Origin: Patescibacteria group bacterium
GTDB lineage: Bacteria; Patescibacteriota; Patescibacteriia; Buchananbacterales; UBA6539
Assembly: GCA_034003985.1 (NCBI GenBank)
Contig: JAVEXP010000002.1
Location: 144,789 to 208,788, forward strand
Reading direction: 5' to 3'
Length of the DNA stretch: 64,000 nt
Part shown: piece by piece, positions 18,158 through 26,958 of the stretch
Layout: each line of letters starts with the position of its first letter
How positions within the stretch are numbered: position 1 is the first letter of the stretch
Position numbers and translations under genes: made by a program
The notes under the pieces: generated by a model
What the model saw: the letters and a program-made list of their open reading frames with translations, nothing else
What the model was told of the DNA's origin: nothing
The model's database searches: none

Positions 18158-19374
18158 ATAAAGTAGAATGGGTTAAACAATTGACCAGGGAAAACACCCT
18201 TTTGGACCGGAGTTTGCGCGCCATTGCTTATCGTGACAGCATTAAAGAAATCGGTCAGGCCAGTATGTCCAATGTTTTGTTGGTCGGTCAAGGTCAAGTT
18301 ACCTCAATGTATTATTTGCCCTCGGACTACAATAAACAGCAAAAAATAATTATCAATGAATTTAAGGGTAAGCGAGCTGATGAAATGGGAAATCAAATTT
18401 TAGAATTTTTGTCCGAAGGCTATATTTGGTCCAAAAAATTACGAAATAAAAAATTGAATCGTCGCGAATTAGTTGAATATTATCAGCAGTTTAAAAAGCA
18501 TCATGCCCATTCGCGTGGAGCCATTACATATGGCTATTGGGGTGAACCGTTAATTACTCAAAAATTACGCCAGGCTCTCAAGGTTAAAGTCGCCGGCAAA
18601 AATTTGGATAGTACCATTTCAATCTTATCTTCGCCTCGTCCTGTTTTTGGATCGCTTCAAGCTTTGCGCCATCATTCGTCGGAAGTTGAAAGAAATAAAA
18701 CCAAAATTTTAAAAAAATTAAAACTTAATAAGCAGGCTAGTGAGCTAGTTGAGATATTGAGTTGGTTTACTTTATTGTATGAGTTAGGCGAATTAGTTTC
18801 TTCTTATTTATATGATCAGTTTTTGGGGCAGCTGAAACATTCAGTCGGTAAAAAAAATTTTGCTGATTTGATGTGGTATGATCCTTTTAGTTTGGAATAT
18901 TATTTGAAGGGTCAAGATCTGAGCAAGGCGGAATTGGCCGCTCGGCAAGATTTTTGGGTGATTGAAATCCTAAATGGTAAATGGAAACTGTTTGTCGGCG
19001 CTCAAGCCCGAAAATATTATCAATCACATATTCCTCAAGAAAAGACAATTGATAATTCAGTCCTAAGAGGCACGGTTGCTAGTTTAGGCCAGGCTCGGGG
19101 AAAAGTAAAAATTGTTATTACTCAAGCAGATCAGGCTAAAATGAATAGAGGCGATATTTTGGTTTCGCCCATGACTACGCCAAGATTAATGTCGGCAGTC
19201 AAAAAAGCGGGAGCGATTGTTACCGATGAGGGCGGTTTAACCGCTCATGCGGCAATTGTCAGCCGGGAGTTCAACATTCCTTGCATTGTTGGCACCAAGG
19301 TTGCTACTAAAATTCTTAACGATGGCGATTTAGTGGAAGTGGACGCTCAACAGGGGATAGTCAGAAAAATTTAA
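18154..19374 (+). CDS. paralog 2 (shortest, most divergent N-region) with C-terminal phosphohistidine swivel domain
   Basis: 406 aa; ATGA overlap with paralog 1. C-terminus '[49 protein letters not shown]'. Confidence 0.8.
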   Translation: MNKVEWVKQLTRENTLLDRSLRAIAYRDSIKEIGQASMSNVLLVGQGQVTSMYYLPSDYNKQQKIIINEFKGKRADEMGNQILEFLSEGYIWSKKLRNKKLNRRELVEYYQQFKKHHAHSRGAITYGYWGEPLITQKLRQALKVKVAGKNLDSTISILSSPRPVFGSLQALRHHSSEVERNKTKILKKLKLNKQASELVEILSWFTLLYELGELVSSYLYDQFLGQLKHSVGKKNFADLMWYDPFSLEYYLKGQDLSKAELAARQDFWVIEILNGKWKLFVGAQARKYYQSHIPQEKTIDNSVLRGTVASLGQARGKVKIVITQADQAKMNRGDILVSPMTTPRLMSAVKKAGAIVTDEGGLTAHAAIVSREFNIPCIVGTKVATKILNDGDLVEVDAQQGIVRKI

Positions 19375-19457
19375 TTTATTTGGTTGTTAAATATTTAAGG
19401 CTGAATTGACAGTCTTTTTGGTTTATGCTAGTCTGAATATGTTGTAAAAATAACAAT

Positions 19458-21377
19458 ATGTTAGAAAAGCTTTTTACTTCTAAGCCTCGGGTCAAGATTC
19501 TGCATTGGTTTTTTCAGCATCCAAATCAGTGGTTTTACGCTCGGCAGATTGTTAAAGCTACCAAACTTGATCCGGGCAATACCCAGCGTGAATTGGAAAA
19601 GCTTATAGAATTAAATTTATTAATCGTTAAAAAGCGAGGCAGTAGCCGCTTTTTTTGTTTAAATAAAAATAATCCATATTTTTCCGGGCTTAAACAGCTT
19701 TTTGCTAATTATCAACATCACAATTTAGAGTCTGGATCAAAACCAAAGAATAATCGCACTGGTACCGGCCTTAAATATTTGGCGGACCAAGATCCTTGGA
19801 TGCTTGGTGAAGATATTCCGGATATGGATTTTTTCTTTTCTCAAATCTGGCTTTCCAGTTTTGCCAATGAATTTAAAAAAACCGCCGGAGTTGCTTATAA
19901 AAAAATCATGTGTATCTTCAAGGGGTATCATTTGTGGTTTTATTATGGTCAAGATGATTCTAATAAAGTTGGCAATTGGCTTGTAAAACGATTTTTGTCT
20001 AAGCCGGAATTTACCGGCAAGATCAATCAGCAGATTGTTTATTGGTCTGATAAATTACGCTCGTTTGCCGAAAAAATTCCCCAAGACAATCTCGCTAAAT
20101 TGTCAAATCGGCGGTTATGGCAATTATATGATCAGCATGACAAGCTTCATACCATTTATTATCAATGGGGGTGGATACCAGTGGCAGCGGATATGTTTCA
20201 CAATAATTTGACTGATGCATTAAAAGATTATTTGCGCGGCACCGGGGTGGCCGAAGACAAAGTTAACGAGTATCTGGTGACCTTAACCCAACCAACAAAA
20301 AAATCTTTGCTACAAATCGAACAGGATGAATTTCTAAAGATTGCCATTAAAATTCAAAATGATCATTATCATTTTAAATTATTTAAGGAATTGTATAAGA
20401 ACTTTAAGGAGCAGGAAGCCGCTCCTTATGGTCTAAAAACCCATACTCCAGAATACGAAAAAATGTTAGAAAAACGCATGGATGAGATTAAAGATAAAAT
20501 AAAACCCTTAATTTTAACATTGATCCAGAATCATTACCGTAAATATTTTTATATCAGTTTTATGTGGATCAATAGCGATGCGGTTTATAGTTTTGAACAT
20601 TATCTTAAAGAGTTGGTAAAAATTGTTAATTCCGGAACTGATTTAGCCAAGAAATATCAAGACCAAGAAAAAGAATTCAAGGCCAATTTAGCATTGCGCG
20701 CCAAGCTCATCAAGCAACTTAAGATCAAAAAGCCATGGTCAATCATCATTGATTCATGGGGTGATTTTATGGTAACTAAAATTTACCGTCGGTTTGCCCA
20801 GATTTTTGCGATTTATCAAATGCAGGCGATTTTAGTGGAAATTGCGAAAAGGCTCAACCTTAGTTTAATGCAAGTAAGGTTTATGTTAAATTCAGAAGTG
20901 AAAGCTGCTCTTTTAACCGGGCAACTTGATAGGTACCAGCTTAAAAAAAGAACTCGCTTTTGTGTTTATTGGGTGGAACTGGGGAAAGAGGCGGTTTTTG
21001 TTGATGATCAGGCCAGATTTTTGGCTAAGCCGGTCTTATCTGCCAAAGTCAAAGCGGTTGATGAAATTAAGGGTCAAACCGGTTGTATTGGCCGAGCCAA
21101 GGGAAAAGTTAAAATAGTTATTCGGCCTAAAGATATGGTAAAATTTAATAAAGGCGACATTTTGGTGTCGATTGCTACTGATCCAGATATTGTCCCGGCA
21201 ATGAAGAAAGCGGCCGCGATTGTCACGGAACAAGGGGGAGTTACTTCCCATGCGGCAATTGTTTCTCGAGAATTGGGAATCCCTTGCGTTATTGGTACCA
21301 AAATTGCTACTAAGGTTTTAAAGGACGGCGATGAAGTTGAAGTTGATGCCACTAAGGGTATAGTTAAAAAAATATAA
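19458..21377 (+). CDS. paralog 3: N-terminal winged-helix-like extension + helical region + phosphohistidine swivel domain
   Basis: 639 aa. The first ~90 aa ('[51 protein letters not shown]') resemble a wHTH fold. C-terminus '[22 protein letters not shown]'. Confidence 0.75.
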   Translation: MLEKLFTSKPRVKILHWFFQHPNQWFYARQIVKATKLDPGNTQRELEKLIELNLLIVKKRGSSRFFCLNKNNPYFSGLKQLFANYQHHNLESGSKPKNNRTGTGLKYLADQDPWMLGEDIPDMDFFFSQIWLSSFANEFKKTAGVAYKKIMCIFKGYHLWFYYGQDDSNKVGNWLVKRFLSKPEFTGKINQQIVYWSDKLRSFAEKIPQDNLAKLSNRRLWQLYDQHDKLHTIYYQWGWIPVAADMFHNNLTDALKDYLRGTGVAEDKVNEYLVTLTQPTKKSLLQIEQDEFLKIAIKIQNDHYHFKLFKELYKNFKEQEAAPYGLKTHTPEYEKMLEKRMDEIKDKIKPLILTLIQNHYRKYFYISFMWINSDAVYSFEHYLKELVKIVNSGTDLAKKYQDQEKEFKANLALRAKLIKQLKIKKPWSIIIDSWGDFMVTKIYRRFAQIFAIYQMQAILVEIAKRLNLSLMQVRFMLNSEVKAALLTGQLDRYQLKKRTRFCVYWVELGKEAVFVDDQARFLAKPVLSAKVKAVDEIKGQTGCIGRAKGKVKIVIRPKDMVKFNKGDILVSIATDPDIVPAMKKAAAIVTEQGGVTSHAAIVSRELGIPCVIGTKIATKVLKDGDEVEVDATKGIVKKI

Positions 21378-21381
21378 CAAT

Positions 21382-22851
21382 ATGATGATTCCTTTTGACA
21401 AAAAATGGGTGGTATTAGAAAAAGAAGATTATGCCAATTATCTTTTTGTTGTTTCAACTTGGGAAGCCTTTACAATCAAAAATCCAGAATACGGATTTAA
21501 AAACTTTAGCTGGTTGTCGGCCGAATATATAAACAAAGAGTGCAATCTATTTTGTCCGCTTGAAGTATATCAAGATCTATCCAAAGATTATTTGGCCAGT
21601 ATTTTTACCAGTCCGGCAATCTGGTATAAGCTCCACCAAGAAAATATTTATTATGCCAAAGAGACTTTTAGATTTGCCCGCGAGGTTAAAAAACTTAATG
21701 TCTCAAAAATGTCTGATAAGCAGATTTTGAGTTGGTTAAATAAATTTGAAATAGTCCAACAAGAAAATCATGACCGGCGCGGACCAATGTTTATGATTGA
21801 AGTCAAGGATAATCTTTTCTCCAACTATTTGATGGAATATCTTCGAGAAAGATGCAACGATCTAAATTCTAAAATTTCGCCTTTAACGGCTTTTCAAATT
21901 TTAACCACTCCTACTAAAAAAAGCATAATAAAAAAGCAACAGGAAGATTTAGCAATGATTGCTTTATTGAATGATAAAACAAAACAGGAAAGATTATTGA
22001 TAAGACATGTCAAAAAGTATGAATGGTTGGAATACGGTTTGCAGGGCAAAGTGTTGGATATCGGGTATTTTCGTCAGGAGTTATCTCGGGTTAAAAACCG
22101 AAGGCCAAAACAATTGATTTTAAAATACCACAATGAAATTAATGATCTTAAATTAAAACAACGGCAAATTACCAAAAATTTGAAAATTCATCGTCATCAT
22201 CAAAAACTTTTTAATATCGCCAGGGAGTCAATTTATGTTAAAGTGTTAAGCAAGGACGCCCAATTTTATTCTTATTATGCCACCGAAAATTTGTTCAAAG
22301 AGTTGGCCCGGCGCGGCGGGTTGACGTTGGAACAGGTGAGATTTTTAACTTTTAATGAATACCAAAAAGTTATATCGGGAAAAAATTTAGCTACCTTGGC
22401 CAATGATCGGATGAAATACAGTATTCACTTTGCTGATCGCGGCAAAACGGTCATCTATGCTGGTTCAGAGGCCAACCAAGTCAGAAAAAAGATAAATTTT
22501 ATCCGTGACGACAACGTATTGGATAAATCATTAACGGAGTTTGGCGGCAGCCCGGCTTATCCTGGCAAGGTCAGTGGTAAGGTAAAAATAATCAATTCTA
22601 CTCAAGAGATGATGAAGATGCATCGCGGTGATATTTTGGTTTCTCATATGACCAATCCTGATATCGTGCCAGCCATGAAATTAGCCGCCGCTATTGTTAC
22701 CGATTTAGGTGGGATTACTTGTCATGCCGCGATCATTAGTCGTGAATTAAAAATTCCCTGTGTCATTGGAACTAAAATCGCCACCCAAGTTTTGAAAGAT
22801 GGTGATAAAATTGAGGTTGACGCGTTAAAAGGAATAATTAAAAAGATATGA
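21382..22851 (+). CDS. paralog 4 with C-terminal phosphohistidine swivel domain
   Basis: 489 aa. 'GGITCHAAIISRELKIPCVIGT'; shares the 'LTTPTKKS', 'HVKKYEWLEY' and 'QVRF' motifs with the other paralogs. Confidence 0.8.
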   Translation: MMIPFDKKWVVLEKEDYANYLFVVSTWEAFTIKNPEYGFKNFSWLSAEYINKECNLFCPLEVYQDLSKDYLASIFTSPAIWYKLHQENIYYAKETFRFAREVKKLNVSKMSDKQILSWLNKFEIVQQENHDRRGPMFMIEVKDNLFSNYLMEYLRERCNDLNSKISPLTAFQILTTPTKKSIIKKQQEDLAMIALLNDKTKQERLLIRHVKKYEWLEYGLQGKVLDIGYFRQELSRVKNRRPKQLILKYHNEINDLKLKQRQITKNLKIHRHHQKLFNIARESIYVKVLSKDAQFYSYYATENLFKELARRGGLTLEQVRFLTFNEYQKVISGKNLATLANDRMKYSIHFADRGKTVIYAGSEANQVRKKINFIRDDNVLDKSLTEFGGSPAYPGKVSGKVKIINSTQEMMKMHRGDILVSHMTNPDIVPAMKLAAAIVTDLGGITCHAAIISRELKIPCVIGTKIATQVLKDGDKIEVDALKGIIKKI

Positions 22852-23462
22852 AAAAAAATGAAATCAAACTCATAATTTTTGATGCTTATGGAGCAGTCAT
22901 GAGTAGAGGTTATCCTGACACCATGGCGGTTTTGGCCAAAAGATTTGCTATTCCCGAAAAAAAATTGAGCGAGGTGATTTATCGCAAGTATTTTGAAATG
23001 GCCGCCCAACGCCAGATCACCCAAAAGCAGGCTTGGCAGTTGCCGGTTAAAGAGCTTAATTTGCCAATCAGTTGGCAAGAATTGCGCGATCTTCATTATG
23101 GTTTAATGGAGATAAACCAGCCGGTTTTTGAAATCGCTAAAAAACTCCGAAAAAAGTATAAGGTGATAATTTTAAGTAAGAGCACTAGAACGCAATTTGT
23201 TGATGTTTTAAAAAAGAAACATCCTCAAGTGCCAAGAAATTTTGATGCCATTGTCAATACTTGGGAACTTGGTCTGCCCAAAGCCTCAAAAGAGACTATT
23301 AGTTTTTTGGCTAAAAGATTTAAGATATCGCCCAAGGAGATTTTGTATATTGATGATCAGCGGTCAAACTTGGTCGCATTGGATAAAATGGGTGGAAAAA
23401 CGATTTACTATCAAAATTTTAAGCAATTTAAAAAAGAACTTGAGCACTACATTGATCTATGA
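22848..23462 (+). CDS. HAD-superfamily hydrolase with atypical motif I (D-x-Y-G)
   Basis: 204 aa. 'LIIFDAYGAVM' is motif I with Tyr at D+2; 'ILSKSTRTQ' is motif II; 'YIDDQRSNLVALDKMGGKTIY' is motif III/IV. ATGA overlaps on both sides place it in one operon with the paralog array. Confidence 0.7.
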   Translation: MKKNEIKLIIFDAYGAVMSRGYPDTMAVLAKRFAIPEKKLSEVIYRKYFEMAAQRQITQKQAWQLPVKELNLPISWQELRDLHYGLMEINQPVFEIAKKLRKKYKVIILSKSTRTQFVDVLKKKHPQVPRNFDAIVNTWELGLPKASKETISFLAKRFKISPKEILYIDDQRSNLVALDKMGGKTIYYQNFKQFKKELEHYIDL

Positions 23463-24931
23463 AAAACAACATTAAACTGAAAGATTTTGTTTTTATGTCG
23501 CAACGCCAGCGGACCAGCCCTTTTCCTAATTATTTGTCAATGGAGGCGATGTGCGACGAATCCCGCCGCTATGTTGGCCAACGGCTCAAAGAAATGCTTT
23601 GTATTTGGCAAGGCAATTTATTTTTTGCCTTTCCCCATAAGCTTTCTTATGAAAAATCAGGCAAACAGCTGGTTAAAAAAATATTGGTTAATCGCCGCTG
23701 GCCCGCTCAAATGGTTGCCAGTCAAAAAAAATACGGCAAGGTTTTGGTTGAATTTACCAAAAAAATTCATCAATCGGTTGGATCTAAAACTACCAATCGG
23801 CAGCTGGCCAAGATGTTTGAGGACTACGAGAAAAGATATAAACCCGTTTATGCCACTTACGGCTGGGTTTGGCTGGTTGAAGATTTTTTTATGGCCGAGT
23901 TGCTGAAGCTTGTTGAATCTAAAATCAAAAACCCTAATCAGGCGGTTGATATTTTGAATATTCTGACCAAACAGCCCAAAGCAATGGTGGCGCTGATTGA
24001 GCGCAAAGCCCTGCTTGAATTGGCCGTTAAAATCGGCAACAAACCAGGATGGAAAACAAATCAATCAGTTGTTAGATTGATAAATAGTCATATCAGAAAA
24101 TATTTTTGGGTTACCAGGGATTATGAAGATCCGGCTATCAGTCATGACGATGTGGTCAGGCGCTTGGCTGATTTGTTTAGAAAAGATTATCGTCGGGAAT
24201 ATCAACGATTAGTCGGTGCACTCAAGAAAGATAATAAGCTGCAAAAAAAATATTTAAACACCTTGGGATTTAGCGTTACCGAAAAAGAATTATTTGGCGC
24301 GATGCGCGATATTGCCAACCTTAAAGAGCTGCGAAAAACTCATGTTTCGCAATCGCTTTATTATTTTGATAAAGTTTTGGAAGAAATCGCCCGGCGCTTA
24401 TTTTTAAGCATTAGGCAAGTCAGGTTTATGAAAACGGTCGAGATCCGCCAAGCCTTAATTGAGGGTAAAGATTTTACAGCAGAATTGAATAATCGTTTAA
24501 GACTTTCTGCCTGGGACTGTCGGACTGCTAAAACTGAAATTTTTACTGGTTATTCAGCCGAAAAGATATTTAAAGAATTTTGTAAGGTTGATAAAAATAT
24601 CAAAGAATTCTTTGGTCTGCCGGTATCGCCCGGTAAAGCCAGAGGAAAAGTTAAGATTGTGATGAATCCGGACGAATGCGATAAAGTCCAAAAGGGTGAT
24701 ATTATCGTTACTGTTCAGGTAGTGCCCAGCTTTTCAACGGCCATTATTAAGTCTGCCGGTTTAATTTGTGACGGCGGTCACGGCATTACTTCACATCCGG
24801 CAACTTTGGCTCGAGAAGCGGGAATTCCTTGTGTTATTCAAACCAGGTTTGCCAGGGAGGTACTACAAGACGGTGATGAAGTAGAAGTTGATGGGTATGC
24901 CGGGATCGCCAGGATTGTTAAAAGACAATAA
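23459..24931 (+). CDS. paralog 5 (divergent His domain: T-S-H-P-A)
   Basis: 490 aa. C-terminus 'GDIIVTVQVVPSFSTAIIKSAGLICDGGHGITSHPATLAREAGIPCVIQT...VEVDG'. N-region retains 'HIRKYFWVTRDY' and 'QVRFM' motifs. Confidence 0.75.
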   Translation: MKNNIKLKDFVFMSQRQRTSPFPNYLSMEAMCDESRRYVGQRLKEMLCIWQGNLFFAFPHKLSYEKSGKQLVKKILVNRRWPAQMVASQKKYGKVLVEFTKKIHQSVGSKTTNRQLAKMFEDYEKRYKPVYATYGWVWLVEDFFMAELLKLVESKIKNPNQAVDILNILTKQPKAMVALIERKALLELAVKIGNKPGWKTNQSVVRLINSHIRKYFWVTRDYEDPAISHDDVVRRLADLFRKDYRREYQRLVGALKKDNKLQKKYLNTLGFSVTEKELFGAMRDIANLKELRKTHVSQSLYYFDKVLEEIARRLFLSIRQVRFMKTVEIRQALIEGKDFTAELNNRLRLSAWDCRTAKTEIFTGYSAEKIFKEFCKVDKNIKEFFGLPVSPGKARGKVKIVMNPDECDKVQKGDIIVTVQVVPSFSTAIIKSAGLICDGGHGITSHPATLAREAGIPCVIQTRFAREVLQDGDEVEVDGYAGIARIVKRQ

Positions 24932-24974
24932 TTTAGATAAACAAAAAACAGCCGGATTGCTGTGGGGGGGGTGA

Positions 24975-25006
24975 GGGGAGAGAAGTCCATATTTGGATCT
25001 CTCCCC
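24975..25006. terminator. perfect 9-bp stem hairpin (GGGGAGAGA/TCTCTCCCC) beside a G8 tract, between convergent genes
   Basis: Read directly. It lies downstream of the stop of the minus-strand GC-rich gene (25029) and downstream of paralog 5 (24931). The arrangement mirrors the hairpin/poly-G pair at 2946-2998. Confidence 0.45.
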
Positions 25007-25028
25007 TCGGCGTGCGCGTTGGTGGGGT

Positions 25029-25685
25029 CTACGGGATGGCGATTCCATACCAGTCTTCTGAGAGGCGCAGGATTTCGATCTCGACGATTTTGCCGTCTTC
25101 GAAGGTCGCCAGGAATCCCTCGCAGTATTGAAGCTGGCCTTCAATTGCGTCCATCGTCATTGGCAGATTTGCACCCAGCCGGTTGGACAGTTTGATGGCC
25201 GCGCCGTCGATGGCCGCGCCGTGGACGGTGACCAAGTGGTCTCCTTCTACGGCTCCGCGTTCGTCAATGACTTCGAGCATCTCGCTACTCTTAATGTCTA
25301 CTGCCTCGGGAGCCGTTTCCATAATCGCCGCTTCGACGGTGATCTCGGCTGTCTTGGCATGGGCTTTGGCGGCCTTCAAACCTTCGCTTACGATGTCGCG
25401 CTTGTCAGTGCTGAAATCATCCAGCCGCGGATCATGCGCAATGTCGGGCTCGATAGCCGGTTTGTAGCCGCAGATCCCGCGGACGAGCACGATCAGGGTT
25501 CGCCAGCACCGGGGCTGGGGACTGCTGACATAGTCGACAAAGTGAAAGTTGAAGACCCGGACAAATACTCCCATCACAAATGCGATGACTTCGCCGCAGT
25601 CGGTCAGGGCCTGGGGGTCTTTCTCGTTTGCCTTGTCTCTCTCACTGTGTCGAATAACCAGTACTCTTGATTGCATCAGTCTCAT
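25029..25685 (-). CDS. histidine phosphatase superfamily protein (SixA / PGM-like branch), GC-rich foreign-looking gene
   Basis: Start set at the internal Met ('MRLMQSRVLVIRHSE...'), which has an AAGGA RBS 8 nt upstream. 'RVLVIRHSERD' matches the RHG motif context, 'LTDCGEV' the L-T-x-x-G loop, 'YVSSPQPRCWRT' the 'vySSPl.Ra.qTA' motif, and 'HLVTVHGAAI' the second catalytic His motif. GC is far above background. Confidence 0.6.
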   Translation of the reverse strand: MRLMQSRVLVIRHSERDKANEKDPQALTDCGEVIAFVMGVFVRVFNFHFVDYVSSPQPRCWRTLIVLVRGICGYKPAIEPDIAHDPRLDDFSTDKRDIVSEGLKAAKAHAKTAEITVEAAIMETAPEAVDIKSSEMLEVIDERGAVEGDHLVTVHGAAIDGAAIKLSNRLGANLPMTMDAIEGQLQYCEGFLATFEDGKIVEIEILRLSEDWYGIAIP

Positions 25686-25850
25686 CCTTCTTGTCTGGCC
25701 GCATTCTCTATTGCGGCCGCCATTCCTGCCATAAGTCACCAATCACACTGGTTGACTCGATAAAGCAGCAATCAGCACAGGGCGATTGCCGCTCAATTGA
25801 GCCAACCAATGATATAACACGCACTATTTAACTTTAAAGAACGATATATG

Positions 25851-25859
25851 ATTATAGCA
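25851..25859 (-). promoter_or_regulatory. putative extended -10 (TGCTATAAT on minus strand) for the GC-rich gene
   Basis: Minus-strand 'ACAAAATATGCTATAATCATAT' ~110 nt upstream of the gene. It shares the motif AAAATATGCTAT(A/T)AT with the promoter of the first GC island. Confidence 0.4.
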
Positions 25860-25986
25860 TATTTTGTAAATATTGTCAAAGGAAAATTAAAATTATTAGC
25901 TCAAATTAGCTAAAATATTGTAAAAATTACTGATTACTGCTAGAATTAAATTATTATTTTACCCTAAAAATCAAAATTTAAAAAAT

Positions 25987-26952
25987 ATGACAAAGTTTAC
26001 CAAACCATTCCCTAAAATTTCCAAAAAAGATGTTGCCATCGCCGGCGGCAAGGGTGCTTCGCTTGGCGAAATGACTAATGCTAAAATTCCAGTGCCTAAG
26101 GGGTTTGTAATTTTGGCTGAAGCCTTTGATCATTTCTTAAATGAAACCCCAAAATCGCCGGTTGCCCAAACCGATTTAGAAGTCGATGCTTTGCTTGCAA
26201 AAGTTAATTTTGATGATACTAATTCCATTGATAAGGCTTCCAATGTTATTCGTGATATTATGCACGACACCAAAATGCCAAAAGCTTTGGCTCAGGAAAT
26301 TGCCGCTGAATTCAAAAAACTCAAAACTAAATATGTAGCCGTCAGGTCTTCGGCTACGGCTGAAGATTCCTCAATCGCTTCTTGGGCCGGTGAGTTGGAA
26401 ACTTATCTGCACACGACTGAGAAGACATTGTTGGATAAAGTTAAACATTGCTGGTCATCACTATATACGCCTCGGGCGATTTTCTATCGTTATGAAAAAA
26501 AGCTGATTGACCAGCAAGTTTCAGTGGCTGTCGTTGTTCAAGAAATGGTCGAATCTGAAATTTCGGGGGTTGCCTTTACCGTCCATCCTGTTACCAAGGC
26601 TAAAAATCAAATGATCATTGAAGCCGGATTTGGCCTAGGCGAGGCGATTGTTTCCGGCCAGATTACCCCGGACAGTTATATTGTCGACAAGACTGATTTA
26701 TCTATTTTGGATATCAATGTGGCTGAACAAAAACGGATGTTGGTTCGTAAAAGTCAGGCCGGCGGCATTGTTTGGAAACCAGTAGCCAAAGCCAAACAGG
26801 AGTCGCAAGTACTTTCTGGTAAACAGATTATTGAATTGTCTAAAATCTGTATTAATATCGAAAAGCATTATAAATGTCCTCAGGATATTGAGTGGGCCTA
26901 CACCAAGGGCAAATTTTATATTACTCAATCAAGACCGATTACTACTCTTTAG
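25987..26952 (+). CDS. stand-alone ATP-grasp nucleotide-binding domain of the PEP synthase / pyruvate phosphate dikinase family (PPDK_N only)
   Basis: 321 aa. 'VAIAGGKGASLGEMTNAKIPVPKGFVILAEAF' matches the PpsA/PPDK N-terminus. It ends with 'PQDIEWAYTKGKFYITQSRPITTL', the C-terminal boundary of the ATP-grasp module. No His domain and no TIM barrel in the same ORF. Confidence 0.85.
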   Translation: MTKFTKPFPKISKKDVAIAGGKGASLGEMTNAKIPVPKGFVILAEAFDHFLNETPKSPVAQTDLEVDALLAKVNFDDTNSIDKASNVIRDIMHDTKMPKALAQEIAAEFKKLKTKYVAVRSSATAEDSSIASWAGELETYLHTTEKTLLDKVKHCWSSLYTPRAIFYRYEKKLIDQQVSVAVVVQEMVESEISGVAFTVHPVTKAKNQMIIEAGFGLGEAIVSGQITPDSYIVDKTDLSILDINVAEQKRMLVRKSQAGGIVWKPVAKAKQESQVLSGKQIIELSKICINIEKHYKCPQDIEWAYTKGKFYITQSRPITTL

Positions 26953-26958
26953 GTTTCT

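Noticed and set aside
24932-25800. The whole GC-rich segment as a self-splicing intron or integrated IS element
   Set aside because: There are no terminal inverted repeats, target-site duplication or transposase/integrase ORF. The only ORF has histidine-phosphatase motifs. Horizontal acquisition is inferred from composition only.
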